A DNA stretch of 64,000 nt. Source: Stegostoma tigrinum. Its lineage: Eukaryota. This document shows positions 11,631 through 25,306 of the stretch, piece by piece. Position 1 is the stretch's first letter, and the number at the start of each line of letters is the position of its first letter. The stretch is from contig NC_081393.1 in the NCBI RefSeq assembly GCF_030684315.1, forward strand, positions 14,503,479-14,567,478, written 5' to 3'. The notes beneath the pieces were generated by a model, which ran no database searches, had not been told where the DNA came from, and worked only from the letters and a program-made list of their open reading frames with translations. A program made the position numbers and the translations under genes.

Positions 11631-13344
11631 ATAAAGAATAACAAATAAGTCTCGTGTTCCTTTCTGGGATCTGTATGTTAGCAACAATGTCATGGTCTTG
11701 GAAAGGGTACAACAGAGATATACTAGAATTGAACTAAGGTGAAAACATTTTTTCTGGATGAAACAGTGGAAAGTTGTGGTTCTTCTCGAAAGAACCAAGA
11801 GTTTGACCAAAATCTTCAAAATCATGAAACATTGAGAGAATAAATGAAAAAAAAACTCATTTCTGTATCAGAAGTGTCAAGATTTAAGAAGCAGAAGATA
11901 CACGACTGAGCACAAACCAGAAGGATGACCATAAAAAAACTACTTTTATGCAACAAATTTTGATGGGAAAGGGACTGTCTGAAAAAGGAGGTGCATGCAG
12001 ATGAAAAAGCAAAATCGGATAAAATAACGGCAAGGAAAATTGGTGAGGTACAGAGGAAGACTAAGGAGTGGGATTAATTAGCCAGTCTACCAAAAGCTAA
12101 CATGACCATGTTAAGTTGAATGGCCTCTTTCTGTGTTACATCATTCTTTTATTGATTACAATTACTACAAATGAAACATCTCCTGATTCACTTTTTATAT
12201 TGCGTCAAGGTTTCAAATTCAAGACCGATATTTTCCACAATGTTTTGTGGTGGTTTGTAGCAATAGCAGGGGCCAATTTTTCCCAATCAAGTCTGCAACT
12301 GTACTTCACCACATCCACTTATTGGCTCCAAAGATCTACAACTAATCCACAACCAATTATTAGCTTTTATAAATGGTTTAACTTGCTATTTCCCACGCAT
12401 AACTTGCTCAATGGTACATCACGGTTCAATTCCGTTTTTGCTTCGTGTTCCATGTTTCCATGCCATCCATTCTCGATTTGTTAAACTATATTGCTCCTCA
12501 ATACTTAAGACAATTACTTAAAAGCTGCTAAAAACCATTTTAAGAAATATAATTATTGTAGTCCACACTTTCAGAATGTGAAAAATCCTCGAAGAGAAAC
12601 ATTATACCCATTGTGCAGAATTCTTAAAATCAAAACTACTTGATGTTGATTCCCATTCTTTGGGCAAATAAAGAACAGTGAGACCCAAAATATTGTTCTG
12701 GATGAAAATATAATATTTAACAAGAAATACAATTCCAACTACCTAATATTTCCCACTTGGCTGCTTTTCAAAGTCATCACATTTCCTATTCAATTATTAC
12801 ACATACAGAACATTTTCAAAATCTGTTGAACTCCATTCGCAACAATGGATTTACAAGGACTAACGACAAATGAAGAGGTGATGATCAGTGTTTACAAGGT
12901 TAGTTTGGCCACATTTAGGGCAGTGTGTGGTGTTTTTGGAGAGAAAAACAAGAGAGAGAGTGTTGTATTATTCAGGCAATGTACAATTGAGAGGATCCAA
13001 TTGCAATGAAAACCTGGAGAAAATAAACCCATCTTCAATGGAATGAACAAAGACTGGGGGCGGCACAGGGAGAGCTTAGAATAGAAAGCCTCAAAAGAGT
13101 TAGAAGGACTTTGAGAAATTAAAAACAGAAAATTAATTTCTACCAGTTCAGTAATCATTAATGAAAGAAGAGAAAATAAGTATCAGACCTCCATTTATCA
13201 AGGAGGAGATCAGGAAGGAATTCTTTTCATACAAAAGGGTCATAAGAATTTGGAATGCATGTTAATTATTTTAGTATATGGAACTGATGGGTATTGTTGG
13301 ATGTGGTACTGGGATCATCGATGATGGGGCTAGCTGCAAGACAG

Positions 13345-13578
13345 TGAAATAGCTCCACAGAGGCCAGTTTCCTGTCATCAAATTGCCCTTCATTTACACG
13401 TGGAGAGTCCGTGACACTGATCCAGCTTCCTCAGAGCCAAGTGTCAGATGAAACAGAATGTCCAATATTCCTGCTTATATTGGTCAGGCAGGGTTCCCTA
13501 ACTAGACCAGATTAGCAGCCCCAATCAGGAACTCATATTCTATGAGGTTCAGTTGACTGACCTTGTACAATTACGACA
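13345..13578 (-). mobile_element. Probable solo LTR (degenerate second copy at about 5365-5560)
   Basis: TG...CA termini, AATATAAG TATA-like box on minus, clear similarity between the two copies; no TSD visible. Confidence 0.45.
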
Positions 13579-14224
13579 GAGTCAGCAGGGATACTGGGAT
13601 AATTGTCAGCATGCACAGTTGCATTCTCTCAATCAACCTACTTTGGAAGAAAAGGAATTGTGTTTCATTTCGTCCCAAGTCATCTGGCTTGGATCCATTT
13701 AGCATGTATCATGAGACTTGTAAACATGAAAGTAAGTGACCTTTCAAGTTGTATTTAAGGAAGAAAATAACGCTGTATGAATTGTATTGTTTCATAATCA
13801 GCCTTGCAAAAAAAAACTAGCTTTCAGCCTTTCCAGAGGTGCATCAAGTTGCTACATTTTCGCATTAATCTTGAATGAACTTTGTCATCAAAAATTTGGA
13901 CTGGTAATTAACAGTATCAACACCTTTTCATCAGAATTCACCACATTAGTCGGCTATGGACCAAGTGCATGTAAATGGGGTCAGTGTAATTTGGTGTTTG
14001 TTGGTCCACGTAGAAATGATGGGCTGAAGGGCCTGTTTCTATGCTGTACGACTAATGACAATGGCTAAAATATTTTTTCAAATAAGAAAACTAAATGGAT
14101 TAACTCAAACAATATATTTGGACATAAATAATTTTTATCTCAGGTTTATTCTTGAATCAAATTTGTTACATGCTCATTGGTGTGCCATCGACAGTCATTA
14201 CTGGCAGTGCCAATTTCCAATTAC

Positions 14225-14432
14225 CTTGGTGACTGGGTCAAAGGTGTAGTTCCCTTGAGTGGAGCTGAGATTCATGTTCAAAACCACCTTTGGCAGCTGG
14301 CTGGTCACTACTGTACCTTCGATCATCTTTCCCATTGTTTGTTTGGGGCCAACGGTAATTTCAAACCGCCCCATGGAGCTGCCATCCCGGAAGGTAATGT
14401 TGTGCTTTACATAGACAGGAATGGCAACCAAG
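14225..14432 (-). CDS. AP3M2: AP3M2 coding exon 6
   Basis: AG|(N)LVAIPVYVKHNITFRDGSSMGRFEITVGPKQTMGK...FDPVTK|GTAATT; 208 nt. Confidence 0.96.
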
Positions 14433-14839
14433 CTGTAAGGCAATAAATACTGATAACGTATTTGTATCTATTCAGACTGCTGAGATATGGTGGAAGAGTG
14501 AAAAGCCATTAGTACAGTCAGCATTTCTTAAATACTTTACTTTTTGCTATTTCCTCCACTCACCCTTTGTTGAAGAAATCCACAGGGAGATGGCTGATTG
14601 ATGCTTTCTCTGGTCATGATGATTTTAGCACAAGGTTAAGGTCTTGAAACTGACAAGAATAGAAAGGCCCAGATTTGGATGGCATGCACCTGCAGCTAGT
14701 AAGACATCTGACCTGAGGCGGCATCACTGCCAAATCCAATTCAGACTACACAAAGCCTGCTGTTACTCAAACGGAAGCAAAAAATTCTTACATACTCAAT
14801 GTCAGCATCACGTGCCGAGGGAAATAAGTTTAACATTCC

Positions 14840-16712
14840 AGATCAATTCTTGGAGGACATAGGCCAAAGTGAGCATTGGCCCCTGGAGAGAATTAAGCTG
14901 GGGAATGGGGAAGCAGGAAATGGCAGAGGAGTTGAACAAATTCTTCGTATTAGTCCGTGCATCAGCTATTAGCAATTATGAAATAATCAAGGGACAAAAG
15001 GAAAAGAAGAAATAAATAACGACTGACTATCACTTCAGGGAAGATGCGAGGGAAACTAAATCAGGTCAAAGACTGATAAAACTTTGGACCTTGGACATGC
15101 ATCCTAAGATGGAAGAGGAAATAGCAATAGAGAAAGTGTATGTTCTTTTCTTACGGTCTACCAGTAGTCATCTTCCAAGAATCCTTAGATACTGGAAAAG
15201 TCCCAGAGATTAGAAAACTGCTATTGAAAAACCTTTTCTCAAACAAGAGAACGAAACGAAAACCAAAAGAAAAACAAAAACCAATTAGTAACTCTTGGCC
15301 AGTTAGATAGAGTCTGTTATTGGGAAAATGTTAGACATTAAAGGACATAAGAGCAGAGCATTTATAGACGCATCACATGATCAAGCAGGGTCAGCACGGC
15401 ATCATGAGGGAGAAATCATGCCTAACAAATTTATGAGAATTTGAAGAGGTAACAAACAGGATACATACAGGGGAAGCAACATATGTATTATACTGGGATT
15501 TTGAGAAGGCATTTGACAAGGTGCCACAGAGTTGGCTACTTGATGAGACAACAGGTCATGGTGTTGGAGGTACTAGTGCAGGATAGAGGATTGGCTAACA
15601 AATAGTTGAAAAAGTTGGGATAAGGGGGCATTTTCAGGATGATAAGCTGTAACTAGTAGATTGTCACAGGAGTCTGTGCTGGCCAACATTCCCTCTAAGC
15701 TGTGTGGCATCGTGTGCATATTGCTACTCTCAATATCAGCGCTCATCAGGCTGCTTGTAGGAACGTCATCCGGTTCCTGAATCTGCAATGTGCCATGCAT
15801 GGACTTCAGCCACCTGCGCTGCAAGACTGGTGCTGTTGAGACAATTATTTAGAGTATACTCATGGCTTGGATGAGCAAAGTGAATGTAGAAGTGAAATGT
15901 ATAAGACCAAACAGTGGGTGGAAAGGCAAGTGGTGAGAATGACAGTCTGCAGAGAGACAGGTTTAATGAATAGGCAAAAACGTAGCTGATAGAATCTAAA
16001 TGTAGGAAAATCTAGGTGATGCACTTAGACTGGAAGAACAGAGGAACTGAAGGTTATTGAAATGGAGAAAGACTGCAGAAAGCTAGAGGGATTTGGGAAT
16101 CACATATCTTAAAAAGCTATCAACCAAGGTCGGTAATACAGAGGGCACATGTAATGCTGACTTTCATTTCAACGTGAATGAACTGTCAAAATAGGACGGA
16201 CGGTCTTGCTTAAACTATACAAGACACTATTCCGAGAACAGCTAGAATACTGTGAACAGTTGTGAGTCCCTAATCTAAGAAAAGGTATACTGGTATTGAA
16301 GGCAGTTCAGAGAAGGTTCATTAGACATTTACTAGGTACAGAGGAACTGTCTTATGAGGAAATGTTGAGTAGGTTGGGCATATACTGAGTGGAGTTCAGA
16401 AGAATGAGAACTGAGCTCATTGAATTATATAAAACACTTACAGAACTCGACAGAGTGGATGTAGAAAGGTCATTTACCCTTGTAGCAAGGTCAAGGACTG
16501 GAGAAAATCTCAGAATAAAGTGGTCTCCAATTTAAGACCAAGATGAGGAGAATTTTTTCTGAGGGTAATGAATTTGTACATTTCTTTTCTGTGAATGGCT
16601 GTTGAGGCTGGGTTGTTAAGTACATTTAAGGCTGAGATAGACAGATTTTTTTTAATCAGAAAGGGATTCAAGGGTTATCAGGAAAAGGCATGAAAGTGGT
16701 GTTGACGATTAT
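14840..16712 (+). mobile_element. Decayed CR1 LINE ORF2 and 3' end
   Basis: DFEKAFDKVP RT motif near 15500 and LEYCEQLxVP; many stops; a short unrelated insertion at about 15680-15830. Confidence 0.8.
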
Positions 16713-17055
16713 CATAGAACATAGAACAGTACAGCACAGAACAGGCCCTTCAGCCCACGATGTTGTGCCAACCATTGATCCTCATGTATGCCCCCTCAAA
16801 TTTCTGTGACCATATGCATGTCCAGCAGTCTCTTAAATGTCCCCAATAACCTTGCTTCCACAACTGCTGCTGGCAACGCATTCCATGCTCTCACAACTCT
16901 GTGTAAAGAACCCGCATCTGACATCCCCTCTATACTTTCCACCAACCAGCTTAAAACTATGACCCCTCGTGTTAGCCTTTTCTGCCCTGGGAAATAGTCT
17001 CTGGCTATCAACTCTATCTATGCCTCTCATTATCTTGTATACCTCAATCAGATCA
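16713..17055 (-). mobile_element. CR1 LINE 3' fragment
   Basis: DLIEVYKIMRGIDRVDSQRLFP...TRGHSFKL; tail CATAGAACATAGAAC on plus. Confidence 0.85.
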
Positions 17056-20000
17056 TCTACGTTCTCACTGAATGTCAGGGAAGACTTGATGCTCAAACAT
17101 CTTACAGATTTATGGACCTTTCATTGCAACTACTCCATAAACATTAACTCTTATTATCTATAGGTATTGCTGAATTGCTAAGTATTTCCAGCTATTTTTG
17201 TTTTAGATTTCAAATGTGCAGTATTTTGCTCCAGTGGACTGTTGCTTTTAGTTTTAAAAACTGCTACACAACAGCTAGCTGGTGTTTTGAACAGTTCACT
17301 TACAGGAATGGCTAAACATTGTTTAAAAATTTCAGCATTTGCCTTTTGAGTGTCATTTGTGAGATGTGGGCATTGTAGGCTGGCCTGCATTTATTGCCCT
17401 TCCCTAGTTGCCCTTGAGAAGGCAGTGATGAGTTGCTGTCTTGAACTGCTCTAGTCCATGTATTCAAATATCCATTGAGGTATAAAGCAATTATCTTCAA
17501 ACTTCACATTCTGCATCATAAGAAATGATACCAGCTTTAGCCACTCAACTTCTGGGTTGGTGCCAATATTACATTTCACTTTTGACCTAACATTAGAACC
17601 TCAAGTTGACAACATTTCTTAACCTTGTAGCAGAGGAGTTACAAGTTGGGTTTCCTTTCAATAATTCCAGCATCAGACAGTTCTACTGAGCAGGAATGAA
17701 AGAAGGTCAATTGGCATGATGGAACCATGTGCGTCAAAACTAATAATTCCATTTTCCCATTTCATAGCAGAATAAAGATGGGATGGGATGTTACATTTCC
17801 TAAAAATTTATCCTAACAATGGTAAATACTCAGTCAAATTCATTCAAAGGTGATGATATAAAGCAAACAGCAGAGAGAAACAACAATTCTGTTAGCATAT
17901 CCAGAAAAGTATCAAAATGCTAAACTCTACCTGTCAGCTTTATTCAGCGCCCCCGACTCCGGAACCATCTAAATTACCAGTATAATTGCGAAAACATAGC
18001 AATTGCTCCATTGCAAGACATTCTGCAGTTCAAAAATGTTCACACTGAAAGTTTCAATGTCGTCTTTGTATAGATATTTCAAGCATTTAAGAAAATCAAA
18101 GCGCTGGTCTTCATGTGAAAATGAAGGAGATTCACAAGAGGTCTGTAATTTAACCTCTCCTATTTCACCCTCAATCTTAAAAACGTGCTTGTATCATTTG
18201 TAAATATTTTCTAATAACCCAGCAAGACCTACAAATAATATGCTAGTTTTCGATTCCCACTTCTCAGTCGCTGGAATGGAAGAGAAAACCAACATGCAGA
18301 TAGGGAAAAATTATGATCTTTTAATCCGTAAAATGAGATTTACAAGGCCAACAATTCTCAAAGACTAGGACTGAAGTGGAATATGTTTTCATTTGTTGGA
18401 TAAATCCAGCAGTTACAAGTTTTGGACTTGCAGTTAAATAGAATACAGAATTCCAAATAATTTGATCTAAATACAGTCAAATTACTGGCACATTGAAAGA
18501 AAACTGAATATTTGACTTGGAGGTTCTAATCCAATGTTAAAATTAATTTAAATTGAAGTCAGATGAGAAGAACAGAAGAATCAGGAAGTTAACAGGTAAC
18601 TCCCAGTATATTCCAGAATTGTCATGCATTGATACAGAGGGAACATATGAATCTGAATAAAACACATTGCAGTACATACTCAAGTGTAAGGAGATTAAAA
18701 GTTCCTTCTACTAAAAGTTTTAACAATGTTTATTTCTAAAATATCACCAGTAAATCCTGGCACTTCAACTTTATATAATCCGTATTTATGAACTGAATGT
18801 AGAGATCATCTCTATTGTAGAAAAAGTTTGCAAATTATACAGATAGATAGTTAGGAAAGCCACCTTTGAGAAGGATACAAACAAACAGTCTGTGAAGGAG
18901 TACAGATAGGTTAAGGGAAACAGTTGGTGATGGATTATTATGTGGGAAAATCTGACAACATTTGTTCAGCAGGGAAAATAAAACACGAAAACCAGAATAC
19001 ATTTAACCACAGCAACTACAGGTATGCATGTACATGATTCACAGAAAAGCAGGTGTTTAGGAAGAGCAAGTGATTTGAAAGGCAAAGCGTTGGCTTTTAT
19101 TGGAAAGGGAAAAGAATGTGAAAGCAGCAAAGTGCTTTTAATACTACAGTATATTGATGGTGGAATTTGAATTCAATAATTAAAGAGAGTCTGGAATTAA
19201 GAATCTACTGATCACCATGAAATCATTGCCGATTGTCGGAAAACCCATCGAGTTTACTATTGTCCTTCAGGGAAGGAAATCTGCCATCCTTACCTGGTCT
19301 GGCTTACACCTGACTCCAGACCTACAGCAATGTGGTTGACTCTCAGTTGCCCTCTGAAATGGCCTAGCAAGCCGCTCAGTTCTACCAATTGCCACAAAGT
19401 CTCAAATGGCATTGACCTAGGCGCTGGAAGAGAACAGCAGAAACAGCCCTGTCAACCCTGCAAAGTCCTCCTCATTAACATCTGGGGGTTATTGCCAAAA
19501 TTGGGAGAGCTGCGTCACGGATAAGTTAAGCAACAGCCTGACATAGTCACACTCAGTGTCCCACCCGTAGAACAGACCCAGCAGAGATGGTGGCACAGTA
19601 GTATTCAGTCAGGACGGTGTTTCTCTGGCAGTCCTCATTGACTGTGGGACCATAAGGTAAACATGGGCAAGGAAATTTCCTGCTGATTACCAATACTGTC
19701 CTCCCTCAGTTGATGAATCAGTATTCCTCAATGTTGAGCAACACCTAGAGGAAGCACCGAGGATGGCAAGGGCACAAAATGTACTCTGGGTGGGGGATTT
19801 CAATGTCCACTACCAAGAGTGGCTCGGCAGCAGTACTACTGATCGAGCTGGTCGGGTCCTAAAGCACGTTGCTGCTAGACGGTCTACTGCAGGTGGTGAG
19901 GGAACCGACAAGAGGGAAGAACATAAATGACCTCATTCTTACCAATCTGCCATCTGCAGATGCCTCAGTCCATGACGGTATCAGTAAGAGACCATCGCAC

Positions 20001-20233
20001 AGTCTTTGTGGAGACAAAGTCTCGCCTTCACATTAAAAATAGTGCCACACAACATGGTGGAAGTTATCACCGTGCTAAATGGGACAGACTTTGCATAGGT
20101 CTAGCAACTCAACGTTGGACATCCATGAAGTGCTGCAGGCCAGCAACAGCAGGAGAATTGTACTCCAGCACAATCTAATTTCATGGCCCAGCATTTCCCC
20201 TGCTCAACCATTACCATCAAGCCAGGGCATCAA

Positions 20234-20978
20234 AGATAACGGGAACAGCAGATGCTGGAGAATCCGAGACAACAAAGCGTGGAGTTGGATGAACACAGCA
20301 GGCCAAGCAGAATCTTAGGAACACAAAAGCTGACGTTTCGGGCCTAGACCCTTCATCAGAAAAGGGGGATGGGGAGAGGATTCTGAAATAAATAGGGAGA
20401 GGCGGACTGAAGATGGATAGAGGAGAAGATAGGTGGAGAGGAGAGTATGGGTGGGGAGGTAGGGAGGTGACAGGTCAGTCTGGGGAGGATGGACAGGTTG
20501 GGGGGAGCCAGGATGAGGTTAGTAGGTAGGGAATGGAGGTGCGGCTTGAGGTGAGAGGAGATATAGGTGAGTGGAAGAACAGGTTAGGGAGGCAGGGATG
20601 AGCTGAGCTGCTTTTGGGATGCAGTTGGTGGGGGGGGGGGGGGCGCGGATTTTGAAGCTGGTGAAACCCAATAGTATCCTATCCCCTCCTCTCACCGCAA
20701 GCCGCCACACCTCCATTTCCTACCTACTAACCTCATCCCGCCCCCTTGACCTGTCTGTCCTCCCCAGACTGACCTATCCCCTCCCTACCTCCCCATCCAT
20801 ACTCTTCTCCACCTATCTTCTCCTCTGTCCATCTTTGATCGCCTCCCCCTCTCTTCCTATTTATTTCAGAATCCTCTCCCCATCCCCCTTTTCTGATGAA
20901 TGGTCTAGGCCCGAAAGGTCAGTTTTTGTGCTCCTAAGATGCTGCTTGGTCTGCTGTGTTCATCCAGCTCCACACTTT
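20234..20978. mobile_element. Palindromic PLE family 1 insertion with 15-bp TSD
   Basis: TSD AAGCCAGGG(C/G)ATCAA at 20219-20233 and 20979-20993; inverted arms homologous to 1030-1410. Confidence 0.88.
20332..20359 (-). ncRNA. Minimal hammerhead-ribozyme-like motif (intact core)
   Basis: Reverse complement reads CTGATGAAGGGTCTAGGCCCGAAACGTC, identical to 1286-1313; sense to the AP3M2 pre-mRNA. Confidence 0.58.
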
Positions 20979-22309
20979 AAGCCAGGGGATCAACCCTAGT
21001 TCATTGGACAGTGCAGGTGGTTGTGCCAGGGGCAGCACCAGGCATACCTGAAAATGAGGTATCAATCTGATGAAGCCACCAAACAGGACTCCTTGCACGC
21101 CAAACAGCGACAGCAGCAAGTGATAGACAGAGCTAAGCAATCCTACAAGCAACGGATCACATCTAAGCTTTGCAGTCCTGCCACATCCAGTCGTGAATGG
21201 TGGTGGATAATTAAACAACTCAGTGGAGGAGGAGGCTCCACAAATATCCCCATCCTCAATGATGGAATAGCCCAGCACATCAGTACAGAAGATATGGGTG
21301 AAGCATTAGCAGCAATCTTTAGCCTGGAGTGCCGAGTGAACGATCCATCTCTGCCTCCTGCAGTGGTCCCTAGCATTACAGATTCGAGTGTTCAGCCAAT
21401 TCGATTCACTCCATGTGACATCAAGAAACGGGGAGACACTGGATACTGCAAAGACTACAGGCCCCGACAACATTCTGGCAATCGTACTGAAGGCTTGTCC
21501 TCCAGAACCTGCCGCTCCTCTAGACAAACTGTTCCAGTACAGTTGCAACACTGGTACCTACCTGACAATGTGGAAAATTGCCCTGTACACAAAGGAGAAA
21601 TCCAACCCGGTCAATTATCGCCCATCAGTCTACTCTCCATCATCAGTAAAGTGACGGAAGGTGTCATCAACAGTGCTGTCAAGCAGCATGTGCTCAACAA
21701 TGACCTGCTCAGCGACACCCAGTTTGGGTTCTGCCAGGGCAAATCAGCTCCTGATCACATAACAGCCTTGGTTCAAACATGGACAAAACAGCTGAATTCC
21801 AGAGGTTAGGTGAGATGGACAGCCCTTGATGTCAAGGCTGTGTTTGACCAGGTGTGGCATCAAGGAGCCCTAGCTAAATTGGAATCGATGGGTATCAGAG
21901 GGGAAACTCTCTGCTGGTTGGATTCATACCGGACACGTAGGACGATGATCATGGATGTAGGAGGCTAATCATCTCGGCTCCAGGACATCTCTGTAGGAGT
22001 TTCTCAGGATAGTGTCATAGGCCCAACCATCTTCAGCTGCTTCAATGTTCTTCCCTCCATCATCAGGTCAGAAGGGAGGATGTTCAGCGATGTATGCACA
22101 ATGTTTGACTCCCTCGTGACTCCTGAGATACTGAAGCAGTCCATGTTGAAACACAAAAAAAAAAATCTGGACAATATCCAGGCTTGGGTTGACAAGTCGC
22201 AAATGACATCTGCACCACACAAATGCCAGGCTATGACCATCACCAATAAGAGACAACCTAACTGCCATCCCTTGACATTCAATGCTGTTACCATCACTAG
22301 TTCGAACAG

Positions 22310-23643
22310 TTCATCCACTTCAACACCTTCCACCCCAACCTTAGTTCACCTGGACCATCTCTAATACCTCTCTCGCCTTCATGGACTTCTGTCTCCATCT
22401 CTGGCAACCACCTAGAAACTGATATCCATTTCAAGCCCACCGACTCCCACAGCTACCTAGAATACACCTCCTCCCACCCACCTGCCTGCAAAAACGTCAT
22501 CCCCTATTCCCAATTCCTTTGCCTCCGCCGCATCTGCTCTCAGGATGAGGCATTCTACTCCTGTCTATCTCAGATGTCCTCATTTTTCAAAGACCGCGAC
22601 TTCCCCCGCCAACTAAGTGGTCAAGAACGCCCTCGACCATGTCTCCTGCATTTCCCGCAACTCATTCTTCACACCCCTTACTTGCAATTTCAACCAAAAC
22701 AGAATTCACCTCATCCTCACATACCATCCCATCAACCTCCAGATCCAACGCATCATCCTCTGACACTTGCGCCATCTGCAAATCCGACCCAATCACCAAA
22801 GGCAATTTTCCCTCCGCACTCTTATCTGCCTTCCAGAGGGACCACTCTCTCAGTGACTCCCTTATCCGCTCTACACTCCCCTCCAGCCCCACCTCACCTG
22901 GCACTTTTCCCTGCAACCGCAGTAGGTGCTACACATAACCCCACACCACCTCCCTCACCCCTATCCCAGGCCCCAAGAAGATTTTCTACATCAAGCACAT
23001 GTTCACCCGCACATCTGCTAATGTGGTATACTGTATCTGCTGTTCCCGTTGTGGCCTCCTCGACATCGGGGAAATCAAGTGGGTTTGCAGAACACCTACG
23101 CTCAGTTCGCACTAAACAACAACTCCTCCCATTCCTGAGACGACATGTCCATCCCGGGCCTCCTGCAGTGCCACAACAATGCTGTTCCTGCAACCTTTGG
23201 GTGGCAGGAACAGCAACTCTTATTCCACTTGGGAACCCTGCAGCTCAATGGTATCAATGCAGAAGCTTTAAAATCTCCCCTCCCCCTACTGCATCCCAAA
23301 ATCAGCCCTGCTCGTCCCGCCTCTCCTACCCACTCCTCCTCTCCTAACCACTAACCTCATCCCACCCCCTTGACCGGTCCATCCTTCCTGGACTGACCTC
23401 TCTCCTCTCTAACTGCCCACCGACACCCACCCATACTGGCTCCATGCCTGCCTCTTTGACCGGGCTGTCTCCTCTCCACCTATCTTCTCCTCTATCTATC
23501 TTCTATCCTCCCCCCTCCCAATTTATTTCAGAACCCCCTACCCCTCCTCCATTTCTGAAGGGTCTAGGCCCAAAACATCAGCCTTCCTGCTCCTCTGATG
23601 CTGCTTGGTCTGCTGTGTTCATCCAGCTCTACACCTTGTTATC
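22310..23643 (+). mobile_element. Penelope-like element (family 1), RT C-terminus plus GIY-YIG, decayed
   Basis: FKPTDSHSYLEYTSSHP-like RT segment, FPCNRSRCYT, NVVYCICCSRCGL; homologous to 240-1380; degenerate hammerhead at about 23554-23580. Confidence 0.88.
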
Positions 23644-25172
23644 TAATGTCCTGGGTGGTATCATTGATTGCAGACTCAACTGGACTCACCACATTAACAC
23701 AGTGGCTACAGGAGCAGGTCAGAAGCTAGGAATACTGTTGGGTGTAACCAACCTCCTGACTCCTCAAAGCCTGTACCATCTACAAGGCACAAGTCAGGTG
23801 TGTTGGAATACTCCCCACTTGCCTGGATGAGTGCAGGCCCAACAACACTCAAGAAGCTTGACACCATCCAGGACAAAGCAGCCCCCTTGATTGGCACTAC
23901 ATCTACAAACATTCACTCCCTCCACCACCGAATCTCAGTAGCAGCAGTGTGCACTATTTACAAACATTTGCAAAAAAAAAAATCACCAAAGATCCTCAGA
24001 TTAGAACCTTCCAAACCCACAACCACGTCAAGTGTAAAAGGACAAGGGCAGCAAACATATGGGAACGCCACCACCTCGAGGCTGCCCTCCAAGTCACTCA
24101 CCATCCTGACTTGGAGATATATCGCCATTCCTTCACTGTCGCTGGATCAAAATCTTGCAATTCTTTCCCTCATGGAATTCAACCCACGGCAGAAGGACTG
24201 CAGCTGTTCAAGAAGGCAGCTCACCACCAACTTCTCAAGTGCAACTAGGGATGGGCAAGAAGTGCTTACAAGGCAGCGATGCCTATGTTTTCTCTTCGTT
24301 TGTGGGACGAAGGGTATAAGTGCAGTGGAAAAAACTGCATGTTCACTCGGCTGACTCTTGGGAAGAAGGGATTGCCTTCCGACAAAAAGGTAAGTAGTTG
24401 GGCCTAAATGCACGGGAAGAATGGAAGATGACCTTCTTGAAACATCCGATTCAGAGTTTGGCCGGGTGTGTGAATTTTTCCCCTTGTGGAGAAATCTACA
24501 ACTACAGACCACAGTTTACAAATTCGGGGTGTCCTATGTTAAAGCTAGATGTAGGAAGGAATTTCTTTCCTTTAAAGGGTTATCAATCTTTAGAATTATC
24601 CTCCACAGAGTGCATTGGAGACTGGGTCATTGAATGTATTTAATCATTCAACGCTAAATTAGATAGTTGATTGACTGAGGAAGTCAAGCAGTAAAGTGGA
24701 AGTAAGGCCACAATCCAATCTGCTTTATGTTAATAGATGGTGGAGCAGCTCAAAGAGCCAATTAGCCTACTTCTCGTCCTCATTCAGATAATCCTTCTGC
24801 TTAAAACAATAGAATAAAACAATGGAATTTGGCAAAGGAAAAAGTGACTCACAGTCAGATGGCCTATTGTCAATTCATACTTAGGTGATATCTGTTTCTT
24901 GCTGTTAAATGACAATTGCAGCAAAATAGATCCTAGTAATGAGATGAAAATTGCATTGGTCACCATTTGGCATGTAAATCTTTCAGTGAAAATTAAAAGG
25001 AAAAGGAGATCTGAAAATTAAGCTCTGAACATCCAATCAATAACCACAGGTGAATATTAGAGTTAGTTCTGCCATTCATAGCTAAGACATTGGTCTCCAA
25101 GTAACAGAGAAAAATCTAGAAAGGGAATAAAATTCTTCCAAATCATCCTCGATCCAAAGAAGTCTAACTTAC

Positions 25173-25306
25173 TTCTGGGAACTGACGTGGTAAGATAGGA
25201 GGCGAAAATTGCCATCAGGTGGTATGAAGGAAAGAATTCGTTCTGACTCCCAACGCTTGAAACGTACACAAGGATGGAAACTGACATCATCCAAGAGTCG
25301 AGGATT
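25173..25306 (-). CDS. AP3M2: AP3M2 coding exon 5
   Basis: AG|NPRLLDDVSFHPCVRFKRWESERILSFIPPDGNFRLLSYHVSSQ(N)|GTAAGT; 134 nt. Confidence 0.96.

Larger units (their letters stand above)
19157..24260 (+). mobile_element. Near full-length decayed non-LTR retrotransposon (APE + RT, CR1/L2 superclade) carrying two nested PLEs
   Basis: APE motifs NIWGL (about 19480) and GDFNVH (about 19795); RT motifs PISLLSIISKV, QFGF, LDVKAVFDQVWHQG, QDSVIGP; 3' end GGCAGCTCACCACCAACTTCTCAAGTGCAACTAGGGATGGGCAA. Confidence 0.85.

Noticed and set aside
21021-21809. 262-aa ORF as a host gene
   Set aside because: Frameshifted piece of LINE ORF2.
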